In this document: piece after piece, positions 24,981 through 38,519 of the stretch
How positions within the stretch are numbered: the stretch's first letter is position 1
How the letters are laid out: each line of letters starts with the position of its first letter
From: Octopus bimaculoides
Taxonomy: Eukaryota
Direction of reading: 5' to 3'
DNA length: 64,000 nucleotides
Assembly: GCF_001194135.2 (NCBI RefSeq)
Contig: NC_068988.1
Coordinates: 68,280,006 to 68,344,005, forward strand
Notes under the pieces: model-generated
The model's database searches: none
Seen by the model: the letters and a program-made list of their open reading frames with translations, nothing else
Told to the model about the DNA's origin: nothing
Program-made: the position numbers and the translations under genes

Positions 24981-26107
24981 ATTCACTTTTATTTCACGAT
25001 ATGTTGCCAATAGATAAAAGAGCCGGTTTCTAACATAGGTGAAAGGACATTTCAATTTAATTTCAACATCAACAACAGAGTATCTTCGTTTGCATGTATG
25101 TATGTATCTATATATATGTGCAGACTTGTATGTTTTACTTTACGTATGTACTTTATGTATGTAGTTGGATATCTAGACATGCTCATGTATATCTATAATA
25201 CATTAAATGTCCTTTTGAATCTTGCTTACTTGCTGGCAATGTTACTAAGCCAAACTGGCGTACAAGGGGAAAATACTATGAATTAAGTTTACCCTGAAAT
25301 GTTACTACGAAGGGAAAGTAACTAGTTTCACGTAAATTGAGATGTTAGAGATTTTCTGGGTATAAATACTCAAAATGGTGCATGGTGGGGAAGTGTTCCG
25401 AAAATAATATTTATCTTGAAAAGGAAGATTCTTTTATCTTTCTATTAAACAGTGAGTTGATAAAAATATGACTTTTTTTTACAGTAAGTGATTCTATTTT
25501 CGCTTTTGTTAAACACTGTTTTAATCATTTCGAAATATTTTTAAGGGAATGTGATTTCAAAACTATAAGTCCTTTGTACAGTAAGTATTTTAAATTTCGT
25601 TAAAGAGAAAATATTTTAATGTTTTATTTTTTCTATGCAAATCGGTAATTTTATGTGTACTTCAATGTGCACAGAAGAGTGAAACTTTTTAGAATTATTT
25701 ACCAAATTATTTTTGGCATATTAGAAAAATATTCTAAATTGAAAATGACTTTAGAAATACGGTAAATATTTCATAACTTCAGTGTGAAATAGTTTTTCTT
25801 ATGGGTTTTTTTCGAATGCGTTCACCTACAAAGATTTGGCTGCTATTTCTAGCACGCCTTGCTACCACGTAACAGCTATTTGCAATAAAGGACCTGAAAT
25901 ACATGTTACGTGGTAGCAGGGCGTGCAAGAAATAGAAGCCAAATCTTTCCTTCTCTGGGGAAAGGAAGCGTTTACATTTGATTTTGATGTCACATTCCTT
26001 GGAAGCATGCGAAATAACCCGGAAAAGAAAGAAAAACACGAAACAAAACATTGTTGCTGGAAAGCTCAAGGTTTCTCGGTGCCCCAACGGGTCACGAGTA
26101 TTCTAGA

Positions 26108-26488
26108 TTAAATCATAAACTTCTGGAAAGTTTTACAGATTTTTACAGTTTCAGTGATGGATTCGATCTGTGTTCTTCGAATTTGCTTTCTCCTTTCTGG
26201 TTCTGATAAGCTTAATTTCTCAAGATTGGTATTTAGGCAGTGTGTGACATATCCCAGGGCTTCAATAATTATAGGCATAAACCCGAACTTGTAATCTGGA
26301 TAGAGTAAGTGCAAAGTTCTCAGAAGTTCAGCGTAGGTGTTCTCTTTCACACTGATCTTCAGCTTTATGTTTACATGCGCTGGGCAGCTAATTTCTACAA
26401 CTGTACAGTTTCTCTTCTCTATCCCAAATCATTATATCAGGTCTGTTGTGCTTACATTATATTGACGCCTTCACTGGGACATTCCATG
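26108..26488 (-). mobile_element. RLE-type (R4-like) LINE C-terminal fragment, second family
   Basis: WNVPVK..I.CKHNRPDIMIWDREEK...KENTYAELLR.L.LLYPDYKF.F.PIII.ALG; near-duplicate of 41677-42125. Confidence 0.85.
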
Positions 26489-27714
26489 AATGTGTATATG
26501 CGTATATGTACGTATTTATGTGTGTGTATGTATATATGTATGACTGTAGTGTTGATCCATTCCTGCGGTGCCAGCAACAAAGGATGCTGCTGTAAATGGG
26601 ACATAACTAAAACGAACAAACATTAAATGGATAGACATGCAACACAAAAGTGGACATACAGATATGAATAAATGTGGTTCAAGACTGGACCATTAGTAAA
26701 CTGTGGAGAGGACAAGGACGCAATAAATAAATAGAATACAACCTTTGGGACAGAGACGAGAGTTTGGTATATATATATATANNNNNNNNNNNNNNNNNNN
26801 NNNNNNNNNNNNNNNNNNNNNNNNNNNNNNNNNNNNNNNNNNNNNNNNNNNNNNNNNNNNNNNNNNNNNNNNNNNNNNNNNNNNNNNNNNNNNNNNNNNN
26901 NNNNNNNNNNNNNNNNNNNNNNNNNNNNNNNNNNNNNNNNNNNNNNNNNNNNNNNNNNNNNNNNNNNNNNNNNNNNNNNNNNNNNNNNNNNNNNNNNNNN
27001 NNNNNNNNNNNNNNNNNNNNNNNNNNNNNNNNNNNNNNNNNNNNNNNNNNNNNNNNNNNNNNNNNNNNNNNNNNNNNNNNNNNNNNNNNNNNNNNNNNNN
27101 NNNNNNNNNNNNNNNNNNNNNNNNNNNNNNNNNNNNNNNNNNNNNNNNNNNNNNNNNNNNNNNNNNNNNNNNNNNNNNNNNNNNNNNNNNNNNNNNNNNN
27201 NNNNNNNNNNNNNNNNNNNNNNNNNNNNNNNNNNNNNNNNNNNNNNNNNNNNNNNNNNNNNNNNNNNNNNNNNNNNNNNNNNNNNNNNNNNNNNNNNNNN
27301 NNNNNNNNNNNNNNNNNNNNNNNNNNNNNNNNNNNNNNNNNNNNNNNNNNNNNNNNNNNNNNNNNNNNNNNNNNNNNNNNNNNNNNNNNNNNNNNNNNNN
27401 NNNNNNNNNNNNNNNNNNNNNNNNNNNNNNNNNNNNNNNNNNNNNNNNNNNNNNNNNNNNNNNNNNNNNNNNNNNNNNNNNNNNNNNNNNNNNNNNNNNN
27501 NNNNNNNNNNNNNNNNNNNNNNNNNNNNNNNNNNNNNNNNNNNNNNNNNNNNNNNNNNNNNNNNNNNNNNNNNNNNNNNNNNNNNNNNNNNNNNNNNNNN
27601 NNNNNNNNNNNNNNNNNNNNNNNNNNNNNNNNNNNNNNNNNNNNNNNNNNNNNNNNNNNNNNNNNNNNNNNNNNNNNNNNNNNNNNNNNNNNNNNNNNNN
27701 NNNNNNNNNNNNNN

Positions 27715-27746
<32 letters not shown>

Positions 27747-28949
27747 ATGTGTGTGTGTGTGTGTATGTGTGTGTGTGTGTGTATGTGTGTGTGTGTGTGT
27801 GTGTGTGCGTATGTGAGTGTGTGTGCGCGTGTGTTAGTATACCTAAATTAAAATATACGAATCCACTCCCGCAGCCGAAACTCCACCTGAGTTACCTTAC
27901 ACTCTCACATGTTGTATTTTCTTATTTCTGAACATTGCAATATATGTTGAAGAGAGTCATGATAAACTATGCACTAATATGTGATGAAACTGGAAATGAA
28001 ATAAATTTCCATAACAATGAGCAGGATTTGGATACTATGCATTTTGGAAGCCTGCCAAATATGATAACTTCAGTTACGTATTAATACAGTCAAGAGAAAA
28101 TGTGATATCTAGATAATTAGACATTTGGAAAATTCATGTTTCCATTTGTGATTCTGGCGATTCTCTATTTCTTTTGTTTGATGATACTTTCGAGAAATAA
28201 TGAAACTTTCACGATTTAGACTAATGTATACGTGTTTTATGTAAAACTTTGTAACAAATTTAGTCTTTTTTTAATTGTAAATGTCAATGCTCTATATGAA
28301 AGTAATTTTGAAATATACAATTCCTTCAATATAATACTATAATTAGAAATATATAGATGAATACCTAAATAAATCAAAGCACTTAATGGTTGTTTTGGGT
28401 TTATGCTTTGTTGAAGTATTGGTAGGACTCAAAATATTTTTACAATTTCAACCAGGCCAACAAAATGGTACTCTTTTGAGAGAAAAGATTCGGCATAAAT
28501 TATTACAACTGATTGACTCCGCACAATGTAACCAGGGGTGATCTAGTGGTGTTAAATCGGGTGATGCAGATTAGGCCCAAATATTTGTTGATTTTTTTTT
28601 TAACAGACTTTTTCTTTTCAATATAGTTTATGCTCCTGGCATTTAAATTAAGATTTGATATGAAAAAAATATTTTGATATTACTAAATCAATACACTAAT
28701 ACATATCGGATAGATATGCAACAGTTTGAAATTTAGTTTTAATTATGACCATCTCCAATAATTTATAAAAAAATGTGTTTTTGCTAACGTTTATTTATGA
28801 ATTGATGTAGTTTGCGAATTCTTTAGACTTTTATAAATGAAACACTAGCAAAATAGTATTCGTTTAAATTTATAAGCTAAACCTGATGGGCGATATACCT
28901 GAATGTTTATATTTAATCAATCTAGTTAATTCTAGAGGTACCTGTTGTA

Positions 28950-29300
28950 TTGATGACACTGAAATGAGTAACAAAGCTGATCACATTGAAATTTCACTTC
29001 GTACTGTGAATAATGACAAAGACAAAATAGAGGCAACCTTTACGTATTGATTACACCAACTAACAGAGGCATCTATATCAATTCTTCAAAAACATTCATC
29101 TTCATTCCGAAGGTTATGTTGGAAAATGGAGTCATGGAAACAATAACTTATAGTAAGATTAAATTGTCATGGGAGGAACGCCTTTATTCATAGATATTCT
29201 TCGTTAGAAACGAAGTGGATTTACACTATATTAATCAATTAACCGCTCCAAAATTGCTGTGTTGGACATAGCAGAATATATAAATGATTGTTCTCTTCAA
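28950..29300 (+). mobile_element. Possible decayed hAT (Tip100-like) transposase fragment
   Basis: IDDTEMSNKADHIEISLRTVNNDKDKIEATF resembles the hAT DETTDxSNxEQLSxxLRYV segment; otherwise full of stops. Confidence 0.3.
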
Positions 29301-31047
29301 AAAGGTTATAGACGTGAATAAAAATCTCTTAGCTTACTCTACCGTTTATATTAATTCTTACTTTCCTCTCATATTTTCATGCAGCAGATTTTTTTTGAAT
29401 TATCATTTTAAATATATCTGAACCGTGTCAGACAATAGGATAAATGGTTATCCAAACAACATTATAGTCCTACCAATATAAATGACTATCTTCATGTCTG
29501 TAAGAAACAGAGATAACTATTTGGTGAAACAGAAGAAAGCAGTGCAATAGTGCCGTATAATTTGAGAAGAATATTTACTAGGTTACTCCGATTTTTTTCC
29601 TCCTTGTTTTCGTATATATCTGCTTGCTTTCTTCCAAAGAATCCAGTGCTTTTAGATTAGAGCAATCTCGAGAGTAATCGGCCGAAACTGCAAACACGAT
29701 CTGGTACTCGGCTGAAGATTGAAAGTTCAGTATGACACGTCGTTGGCTTTTCCTGTTCTTTTTTGTATCATTTAACTGTTCGAACGTTTTGTTGATGCCT
29801 GTTACGTTATTGTTCCATGTTTTATTTTCTTTTTATATATGTGTGTATATATATANNNNNNNNNNNNNNNNNNNNNNNNNNNNNNNNNNNNNNNNNNNNN
29901 NNNNNNNNNNNNNNNNNNNNNNNNNNNNNNNNNNNNNNNNNNNNNNNNNNNNNNNNNNNNNNNNNNNNNNNNNNNNNNNNNNNNNNNNNNNNNNNNNNNN
30001 NNNNNNNNNNNNNNNNNNNNNNNNNNNNNNNNNNNNNNNNNNNNNNNNNNNNNNNNNNNNNNNNNNNNNNNNNNNNNNNNNNNNNNNNNNNNNNNNNNNN
30101 NNNNNNNNNNNNNNNNNNNNNNNNNNNNNNNNNNNNNNNNNNNNNNNNNNNNNNNNNNNNNNNNNNNNNNNNNNNNNNNNNNNNNNNNNNNNNNNNNNNN
30201 NNNNNNNNNNNNNNNNNNNNNNNNNNNNNNNNNNNNNNNNNNNNNNNNNNNNNNNNNNNNNNNNNNNNNNNNNNNNNNNNNNNNNNNNNNNNNNNNNNNN
30301 NNNNNNNNNNNNNNNNNNNNNNNNNNNNNNNNNNNNNNNNNNNNNNNNNNNNNNNNNNNNNNNNNNNNNNNNNNNNNNNNNNNNNNNNNNNNNNNNNNNN
30401 NNNNNNNNNNNNNNNNNNNNNNNNNNNNNNNNNNNNNNNNNNNNNNNNNNNNNNNNNNNNNNNNNNNNNNNNNNNNNNNNNNNNNNNNNNNNNNNNNNNN
30501 NNNNNNNNNNNNNNNNNNNNNNNNNNNNNNNNNNNNNNNNNNNNNNNNNNNNNNNNNNNNNNNCTACCTACTCACATACATGCATAGATAATGTTTCCGG
30601 CATTACAAATCTCAAGAACTATGGTGATCTTGGAGAAAAAGGTTATTGCAGATTTAATGTTTCCTATATTACCTAAGCACTTTGAATATATTCCATTCGA
30701 AACGCTTGAATTCTGAATACATAAATATCACGCTAAACATCATTGATTTATAGGCGCTTCTGCGCCTCAGTACTACAGGCCAGAGAGTACACAAAAGGCA
30801 TATTTCACCGTAGTCTTATTCCCTTCGACATTCAACGCATTGAAACGCCACTATAACATTGGTTTAGCAAATACTTGACAGACATCTTTATTCTCCATAT
30901 AATTAATAGATTAATCGATTATTTGAGTGTGTGCAATTTCGAGAAACAGTAATGTTACTATTCAAACGTTTGGCAACACACATAATCATATATGTTTACA
31001 ATTCTCTGTGTGCGGTGTCTATCTATCTATNNNNNNNNNNTATATAT

Positions 31048-31090
<43 letters not shown>

Positions 31091-31512
31091 ATTACACTAC
31101 AAATATCACAGACACCGGTAAACGGAGACGTTGACGAGCGATTTTATATGTGCGTTTGTGCAAAGAAAACGTAAACGACAATCGGTTGATGCAGAAATAT
31201 ATTTTACACAGATTATGAGAATTGTATGAGAAAATATACAATTCCTTCGCACAATCCACGTGAGCATTTTTCGTTAATCATTTAAATTAGCCACGTTTAA
31301 ATTTCATTAAATCTTGTCGTGTCAAAAACCATTAGAGATAACTAAATATAATTGTCTCTAGCAAAAAACATATTGCTAATTACTTTATTATTCATGGGGT
31401 GATTAACATGGCAAAATGAACGAATATATACAGATTTATTATATCTTTTACATTATAGATATTTCCACATTATCTAATCGGTTTCCTATATTTCTCTTTT
31501 CTCACTCTATCA

Positions 31513-31567
<55 letters not shown>

Positions 31568-32083
31568 AACACTCACACACAAACAAACACATATAATTAC
31601 GCTTAGCCATAGCCATGCTTGTGACCAGTTGTTAAAACAGTAAATATACAAAAAAACTTAGTACACAATATTACCAAGCTCCGTCGGAGTTTCGTTATGC
31701 TGTGCATGCATATTTTATTAAATGAGTTTAATTGGGCCAATGACATTAAAGATAATAAAAGTAATTGATGCAATATTATTTGTCTGATAAAACAGTGCGC
31801 ACATTATACATACGTAAACGCATACATACGTGCATACATATACACATACAAATATTGAATCGATGAATATTATAGCATGAATCACGTTTAATGGTTGTAA
31901 TGTTATTTAGAATTACCAATTAAACTAATTCAATATAAGTACGCACAGTTTTTTTTATCAAATATGAAGCATAATAAATAAAATCTAATCTTGCCCCCCA
32001 CCCCGCACACACATTAAACAAAACATTATTTTCTACTCTAGGCACAAGGCCTGAGAATTTTGAATAGGTGGAGNNNNNNNNNN

Positions 32084-32152
<69 letters not shown>

Positions 32153-33936
32153 CGTGACTAAACGGTTCGTGGTGCTATTCTTTGATTGTCTTCGTTGTGA
32201 ATCAAATTCCTGTTGAGTTGAACTTCCTCTTTTATACTTTCACGTTTGATAAAATACATTTACAATCCCTGGCATTGGGACTGGCGAATTGACTAGAACG
32301 TCAAATAACTACCTTAGGCCATGTGTCCCGGCGCTTTGCTCACTAAGTTTTATGTAGCAAACTTAATCTGGAAGTGGTTTTATCAAACTATTATGATCCT
32401 CAGTGCTTCATACAAATTTCATTTTATTTAAGATTAGCTAAATGTTCTCACACATGTACTTTCTGCGCGTCTAGTTATTGCAAAAAAAAAAAACATACGT
32501 TACATAACATAATACTGAAAACAGAAGTCATTACATTTAAGACAAGATAAACCTTTATTTATCCTGTCTTATTTTCCATTTCTAAATTTCCTTCAATACT
32601 GCCGACCCAGAAAACTGAGGTTTATATAGTCAGGACATACTTTAAAGATTTGCTGTATATTAACACGTTTCGTTTTTGGATATTCAACAATATGTTCATC
32701 ACTATGGATTCTTCAAATGATCAAATTTGGCACACATCCTACCATATAAATTTTGACTTTGCTGCATATCACGTAATAGTTTGTGGGTGCAGAACACATC
32801 ATCATATGCACAGATTCATATTGATACAGAATTTAAAAGCAATTCAAATTAAATAAGACTTTAAAATAGTTTCTACCTGAGAATATTTTGGCCCCAAATG
32901 ACCAGTTCAGGTCACGTGTGTGTGATAGTTATCTTTTATTACATGTTCCACGTGTTTTAGCACAAAAAGGACATTAGACACGGTCGGCATTCTGTTGACA
33001 TTTTAGGGACATGTGTTGTCACGTGGCTAGTTAGTATGTTTGGTATCGTCAGATTATAAACAGTTTGCTTGACAAGAAATGCTGCCAGATGATAGCAGGT
33101 TCTAGTCTCACTTCGGGCAATATGTAAACATCTACCCTCCTATTTAGCATAGCTCAGTTAGACCTGCGTTAGGAGATTGTTAAAATGTACACATCTCCAA
33201 AGTTCGGCTCTGTAGAAGCATGTTGACCATGAAAGCACGGCACGAGCTATTTGAACGATCACGCTATGAATAACTTCAGGAATAGTTTTATACATTTAAA
33301 ATCATTTTAGACTAGCTAAATCTATCAACCCAAATCAACAACGTTTGATGTCCTTGCCGTACCTATAGACCTCAAGACAGGCTAGTGCGTGACAATATGT
33401 ATGCCAAACGAATAAAGTATATACATCCCTAGACACTAGAAGTAGCCTCACACACCCAGTCGTAAAGAGAAAACTATTCGCCGATATTAGTAGATCACAT
33501 ATTTAATTTCCTGCTACTCCTAGAGAGTGAACTATCTACTATCACATGGTAGCCATGCTAGTCACACAAACTGATTTATAATTCATGGCAAAAGAATGGC
33601 TACGACTCATTGTGATAAACGTTGTCATTGAAATGTTAGAAGACGGGTGAGGATGAAATACTGTCACCACTGATACGTACATCATATAATGAAAGAACTA
33701 GTGTCACTAGATACACATAATATCCACATGTCCAGGAATATTGAAAGCTTAAGTGTCTGAAATATAAGCAACACTTCAATGCATATGTCTCGATCACATG
33801 AGTTCCTCTAATGTAGTGGCGAAGGAATCCGTTATTAAATAGTTATCAATACAAAGTAGTGTGTTGAGCACTATATATATGCACACATTCATATGTATGT
33901 ATGTATGTATGTATGGGTGTGTGTGGATGTTTGTAA

Positions 33937-33974
<38 letters not shown>

Positions 33975-34000
33975 ACACCCACACACACACACACACACAT

Positions 34001-34046
<46 letters not shown>

Positions 34047-34654
34047 GCATATACACAACTATATATGCATATGTGTGTGTGTGTGAGAGAGATAAGTGGG
34101 CATATATATAAAATCAGTTGAAAACCGTGAAGTGTTTTGGACAGTTGTCACTTCAGTTTTAGAACTGCTTGTTGTCTATGTTTACCGCTCAAAGTATTAA
34201 TCTTCTGAAATTCAAATAGTGTGTTTATCAAGGTTTGACATCTGACACTTTCACAAATCTGGAAGGATTTCTTAAATTAAAGGTCACACTCTTCTAACTA
34301 AATCTATCTTTAGTGACCAACTAATACCACTCAAACAGTGCAAGTCAGAAAATTATGTTCAAATTTACATTTTAAAATATACGTACGAACAAGTATATGT
34401 GCACACATACACATGTGTATGTGACTATGTGACTATGTGTCACTATGCATATGTTATTATTTACTACGCTTGTATACGTATGCATACACACACATACACA
34501 CACACTCACACACACACACACATATACATATAAGGATACACATATATATATATATAAATACACACACATATATAGACATACATACACATATGCATATGCA
34601 TATGCATATGTTTATATATATGTTCATATTTATATATCATATGTAGAAAGATAG

Positions 34655-34694
34655 AGAGATAGTTAGATGGGTGGATGGATAGATAGATAGATTT

Positions 34695-34738
<44 letters not shown>

Positions 34739-34791
34739 ATAGACAGATTGATGGATAGATAGATAGAGAGAGAGAGAGGGAGAGAGAGAGA

Positions 34792-34841
<50 letters not shown>
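34655..34841. repeat. (GATA)n-(GA)n compound microsatellite
   Basis: Direct. Confidence 0.95.
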
Positions 34842-34845
<4 letters not shown>

Positions 34846-35816
34846 CTACTATAAAGCTATATGAAAATCGTATCATCATACGTGAGTGGCATCAGACACT
34901 GAATAATTGTTATCCATTACCGCGTGTTCATGCTGTCTTCGGCTTATTACGATCAGTGAGTCCTAAGTTCATTTTGGAATCGATTTACTATCGAGTTTTC
35001 AGCCTTTAATTTCCGCCTATCTATAAGCAATGACAGTCAGTTGGGGTTGTGTTCGAAATTGTTCTTCCTCTAGCTAAAGTGTTTCACGTGCTCCAAAATC
35101 ATGCCAGCTGGTATTTTATACGGTCGGTACAGCTGCGAGAGCAAGTGTTTTCTGCTCTAGACATACTTTAACAAAGCTAAGAGCTGCCTAGCTCTCCGTT
35201 GTTCTATAATACATATGATACTAAGTCGAATTTCTGTGTCTCTTCTCTATTGCTAGGTAGTGTTTGAGCTGACGCTGCGTCCGTTCGTCTATTTCATAGG
35301 TATTTACTATTTTACATGCTTGGTTTCTAAGAATTCTCCTCATCAAACGCGCGTACTGAAGGAACCAGTTTAGTGAGCTATGAGCCAACGATGCAAGTTG
35401 ACTCAGACAGCGTGTCACAATTGCGTGTCACAATTGCGTGTCATGATATATTTCACCATGACGTGAGGGTTGGACACACGTCAGTTTCAATTTTTCCAAT
35501 TTCTTCTCAATTTTTTTTTTTTTCAATGTTTGTTCTACCTTTCGTAAGAACTCTGAATATCAAAAACGTTAGAGAAATATCTTTCTTTTTCTGTCCTATT
35601 TACTGAGCTACAAATTAATACCGACTCTGTTTATTTTTTAATTATATTTATCAGGTCTTTCCGTATCAGTTACAGCGCACAAGCGTTTGTACTTGCACGC
35701 TTATGTGTAGATGAACGACTATCTTTGCATGTATATACGTTTTGACCTAAGGTAGAAGTTATATAGTCAGCAATCGTTATGCAGATCAATGTGTTTTTTT
35801 TTTCAAACAGCCAGTA

Positions 35817-36872
35817 CGCGTGGGTACAAAGAAGAAACCGAAATTTTGCAATATTATTTTATTCACTTAACTTTACATGTTTACACTTTTATCGCCTTCA
35901 AAGTATTCTCCATCTGAGAGTCAGTCCATGTGCGTTTTCCACTATCCGTTGTTTTATTTCATTTCTTCCACATCTGAAAATTCCGTTGCCTCAGCTTTCA
36001 TCACCAGCGACGACCTTCGAAAAAGGGTGCGGGTCAACTTCCAGCCGTTCTTTCAGTTCATGACATGCATTCAGTCGTATCTGCTTTTGATCTTCAGTGA
36101 ACAATCGAGGCATAAATCTAGCTGCAACTCTTTTCATTCACAATTACTCGCTCAAAAGTCGTTGGCATAAGCCCCAGGACACGCCAGTCATATAAACACG
36201 TTCGTCAATATTGTTCAGTAACGCGGCGAGCTGGCAGAAATTCTTCTTAGCGGTATTTCGTCTGCCTTTACATTTTGAGTTCAAATTTCGCCGAGGTCGG
36301 CTTTGCCTTTCATCCTTTCGGTGTCGATAAATTAAGTACCAGTTGTGTAATGGAGTCGATCTAATCGACTGGTCTCCTCCGCCGAAATGTCGGGCCTTGT
36401 GCCTAGAGCAGAAAAGAATATTGTTCAGTGACGGTCTTCCAAGATCAGTTGATAAAATTTCCATAATGCTTTCATTCGTTCGGGAAGTCGACGGTTATCC
36501 TGAACGAGGTTGGTCGTAAAGTGACCATTCCTAAAGCATGGAAACCACTCGTAAAAGTGTGTTTTGCTCATGGCAGCGGCCTTGTAAGCTGTTTGAAGCA
36601 TGACAACTGTGTCGGCCGCTGTTTTCCCCAGCAGAAAACAGTTTCACGGAAGCACGCTGTTCCTTCCTTTCGGGCACCGCAAAAATCAACAAATAATGGA
36701 GAATCACTGCAATACAAAGACGCACAACTTGCCTGTACGACTCCAGCAGCTATCGCTGGTTGGCAGACCTATGTATGGGGGTCAAAATAGGTGGCTTCTA
36801 GTTTCGGAAACCTGTACAACAGAAGGTTTGTCCAACAGAAAACGTTTCCGTTTACTTTTAGGTACCCTCACG
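35817..36872 (-). mobile_element. Internally deleted mariner (DD34D-type) element with degenerate TIRs, interrupted by a SINE
   Basis: Minus strand: EQRASVK..LLGKTAA..V.MLQTAY..MSKT...WF...PRSG..STSR / MKRVAARFMPRL..EDQK...KVVAGDES / GEYFEGD; TA-flanked ends tacgcgtgggtac... and ...gtaccctcacgta. Confidence 0.85.
36220..36416 (+). mobile_element. tRNA-derived SINE, family A, with 13-bp TSD
   Basis: ggcgagctggcagaaa...gagttcaaatttcgccgagg...; identical aatattgttcagt at 36207-36219 and 36417-36429. Confidence 0.9.
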
Positions 36873-37472
36873 TATTTCTGGAATTGTGAATATTGCCAAA
36901 ATATACTACCGTACCGTAATGTTATCAAACTTCATATTCAAAAGCTTTCACGTCAGGATTCAAACTACGTAAGAGTGAAATGTGATTTTTGCTTCAGAAT
37001 CCACTCGATCTCTGCTAAATACTAATGTTGTTATGATTGATAAAACAATATATAGCTTTCTGCTTATATTTCAAATCAATAGTAATAAATTCCTTACAAA
37101 ACTGGGTGAAGATTATATCCTTCAATTTATAATTGAAAAATAATCGAAAGCTTGCAAGCTGTACAGTCACGAATATATATGTAATGACAGCTGTTAGGAT
37201 CTAAATAACACACTAGGTACAGATACGCGCATATTTTCATTTATATACAAGCATACATGCATAAATACCTAAATACTTACAGACACACACATATAAACAC
37301 ACACTTACATGGTCAAGACGTCAGTAACTAGACTATCCGCTGTACGATTTCATTTCGCAATATTGTGTGTGAAAAAGATACGTGTATGTATTAAAAACGT
37401 GGACTTGGGTGCATACTTGTGTATTTACACACACACACACACACGTACATACATATTTATATATATATATAT

Positions 37473-37505
<33 letters not shown>

Positions 37506-38295
37506 NNNNNNNNNNNNNNNNNNNNNNNNNNNNNNNNNNNNNNNNNNNNNNNNNNNNNNNNNNNNNNNNNNNNNNNNNNNNNNNNNNNNNNNNNNNNNNN
37601 NNNNNNNNNNNNNNNNNNNNNNNNNNNNNNNNNNNNNNNNNNNNNNNNNNNNNNNNNNNNNNNNNNNNNNNNNNNNNNNNNNNNNNTATATATACATGTA
37701 TATATATACATATAGTCACATGTACACACATAAATACAGACACATACATTCACGCTATCCCGAATAGGAATGCGATTTTACAACCTTCATAGTAATCGCC
37801 AACAAGAACTACCCTTGTCATTTTCACAAATATCTAATTTCAATGAAAGGGCTGAAATATTCTGTTCCTCATGATGTTTCTGTTTAAGAGTTACATTTGT
37901 GTTTGATAGATAATTTGTTCGGTGTACTGAAATATTTAATATTTTAAGATGATTTATTGCGTAAAAATGCTGCCAGAGAATACTGGAAAGAAATAAACTA
38001 ATCGGTTTAACGACGGAGTTTTCAGTTACAATTGAAAGAAAATTATTAAGACTGTAAGTCTAAAACATTTTATATTCTTATTTCGCATTACTATGGTCAT
38101 TTGCAGCAAAGTAATTCGGCGTATTTGAGTAAGAATTTTAGAACTACACAGCAGGAACATAGAAGGTGTTAACATCGTAAAGTCATATAAGCCATTCATC
38201 CATCCATATTTGTCTCGTATTTTAAGGTGAGCCGCCGACTAGCGAAGTCAATCACTGTACGATGACGGGAATATAAGAGGAGCCAACCTCTCTTG

Positions 38296-38519
38296 TCAGT
38301 TCATTGCAGCGTCTGCCCTTCCGGTTTCTGGTCTCGCTCGGTGTCTTTATACCTATCTGTCTACAGCGTCGACAGTTGTATATACTTATCTTCTCCATGA
38401 CAAAATACAGCGAGTGGGTTTCTTATTGAGTCGAATATTCCTCCGGCACACTTGAGCTGGTCACAGGGAGAGGGGTTCACTTGTGATTCTTTTCTGAATT
38501 TCTGAGTACTGAGGTAAGA
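38296..38519 (+). promoter_or_regulatory. Possible promoter and non-coding first exon
   Basis: GC-enriched unique island; Inr-like TCAGTT at 38296; ETS-like CTTCCGG at 38318; donor gag|GTAAGA at 38513/38514. Confidence 0.25.

Noticed and set aside
20751-27851. Long ORFs of 300-396 aa, and other X-containing ORFs across the window
   Set aside because: They span N gaps; their length is an artefact.
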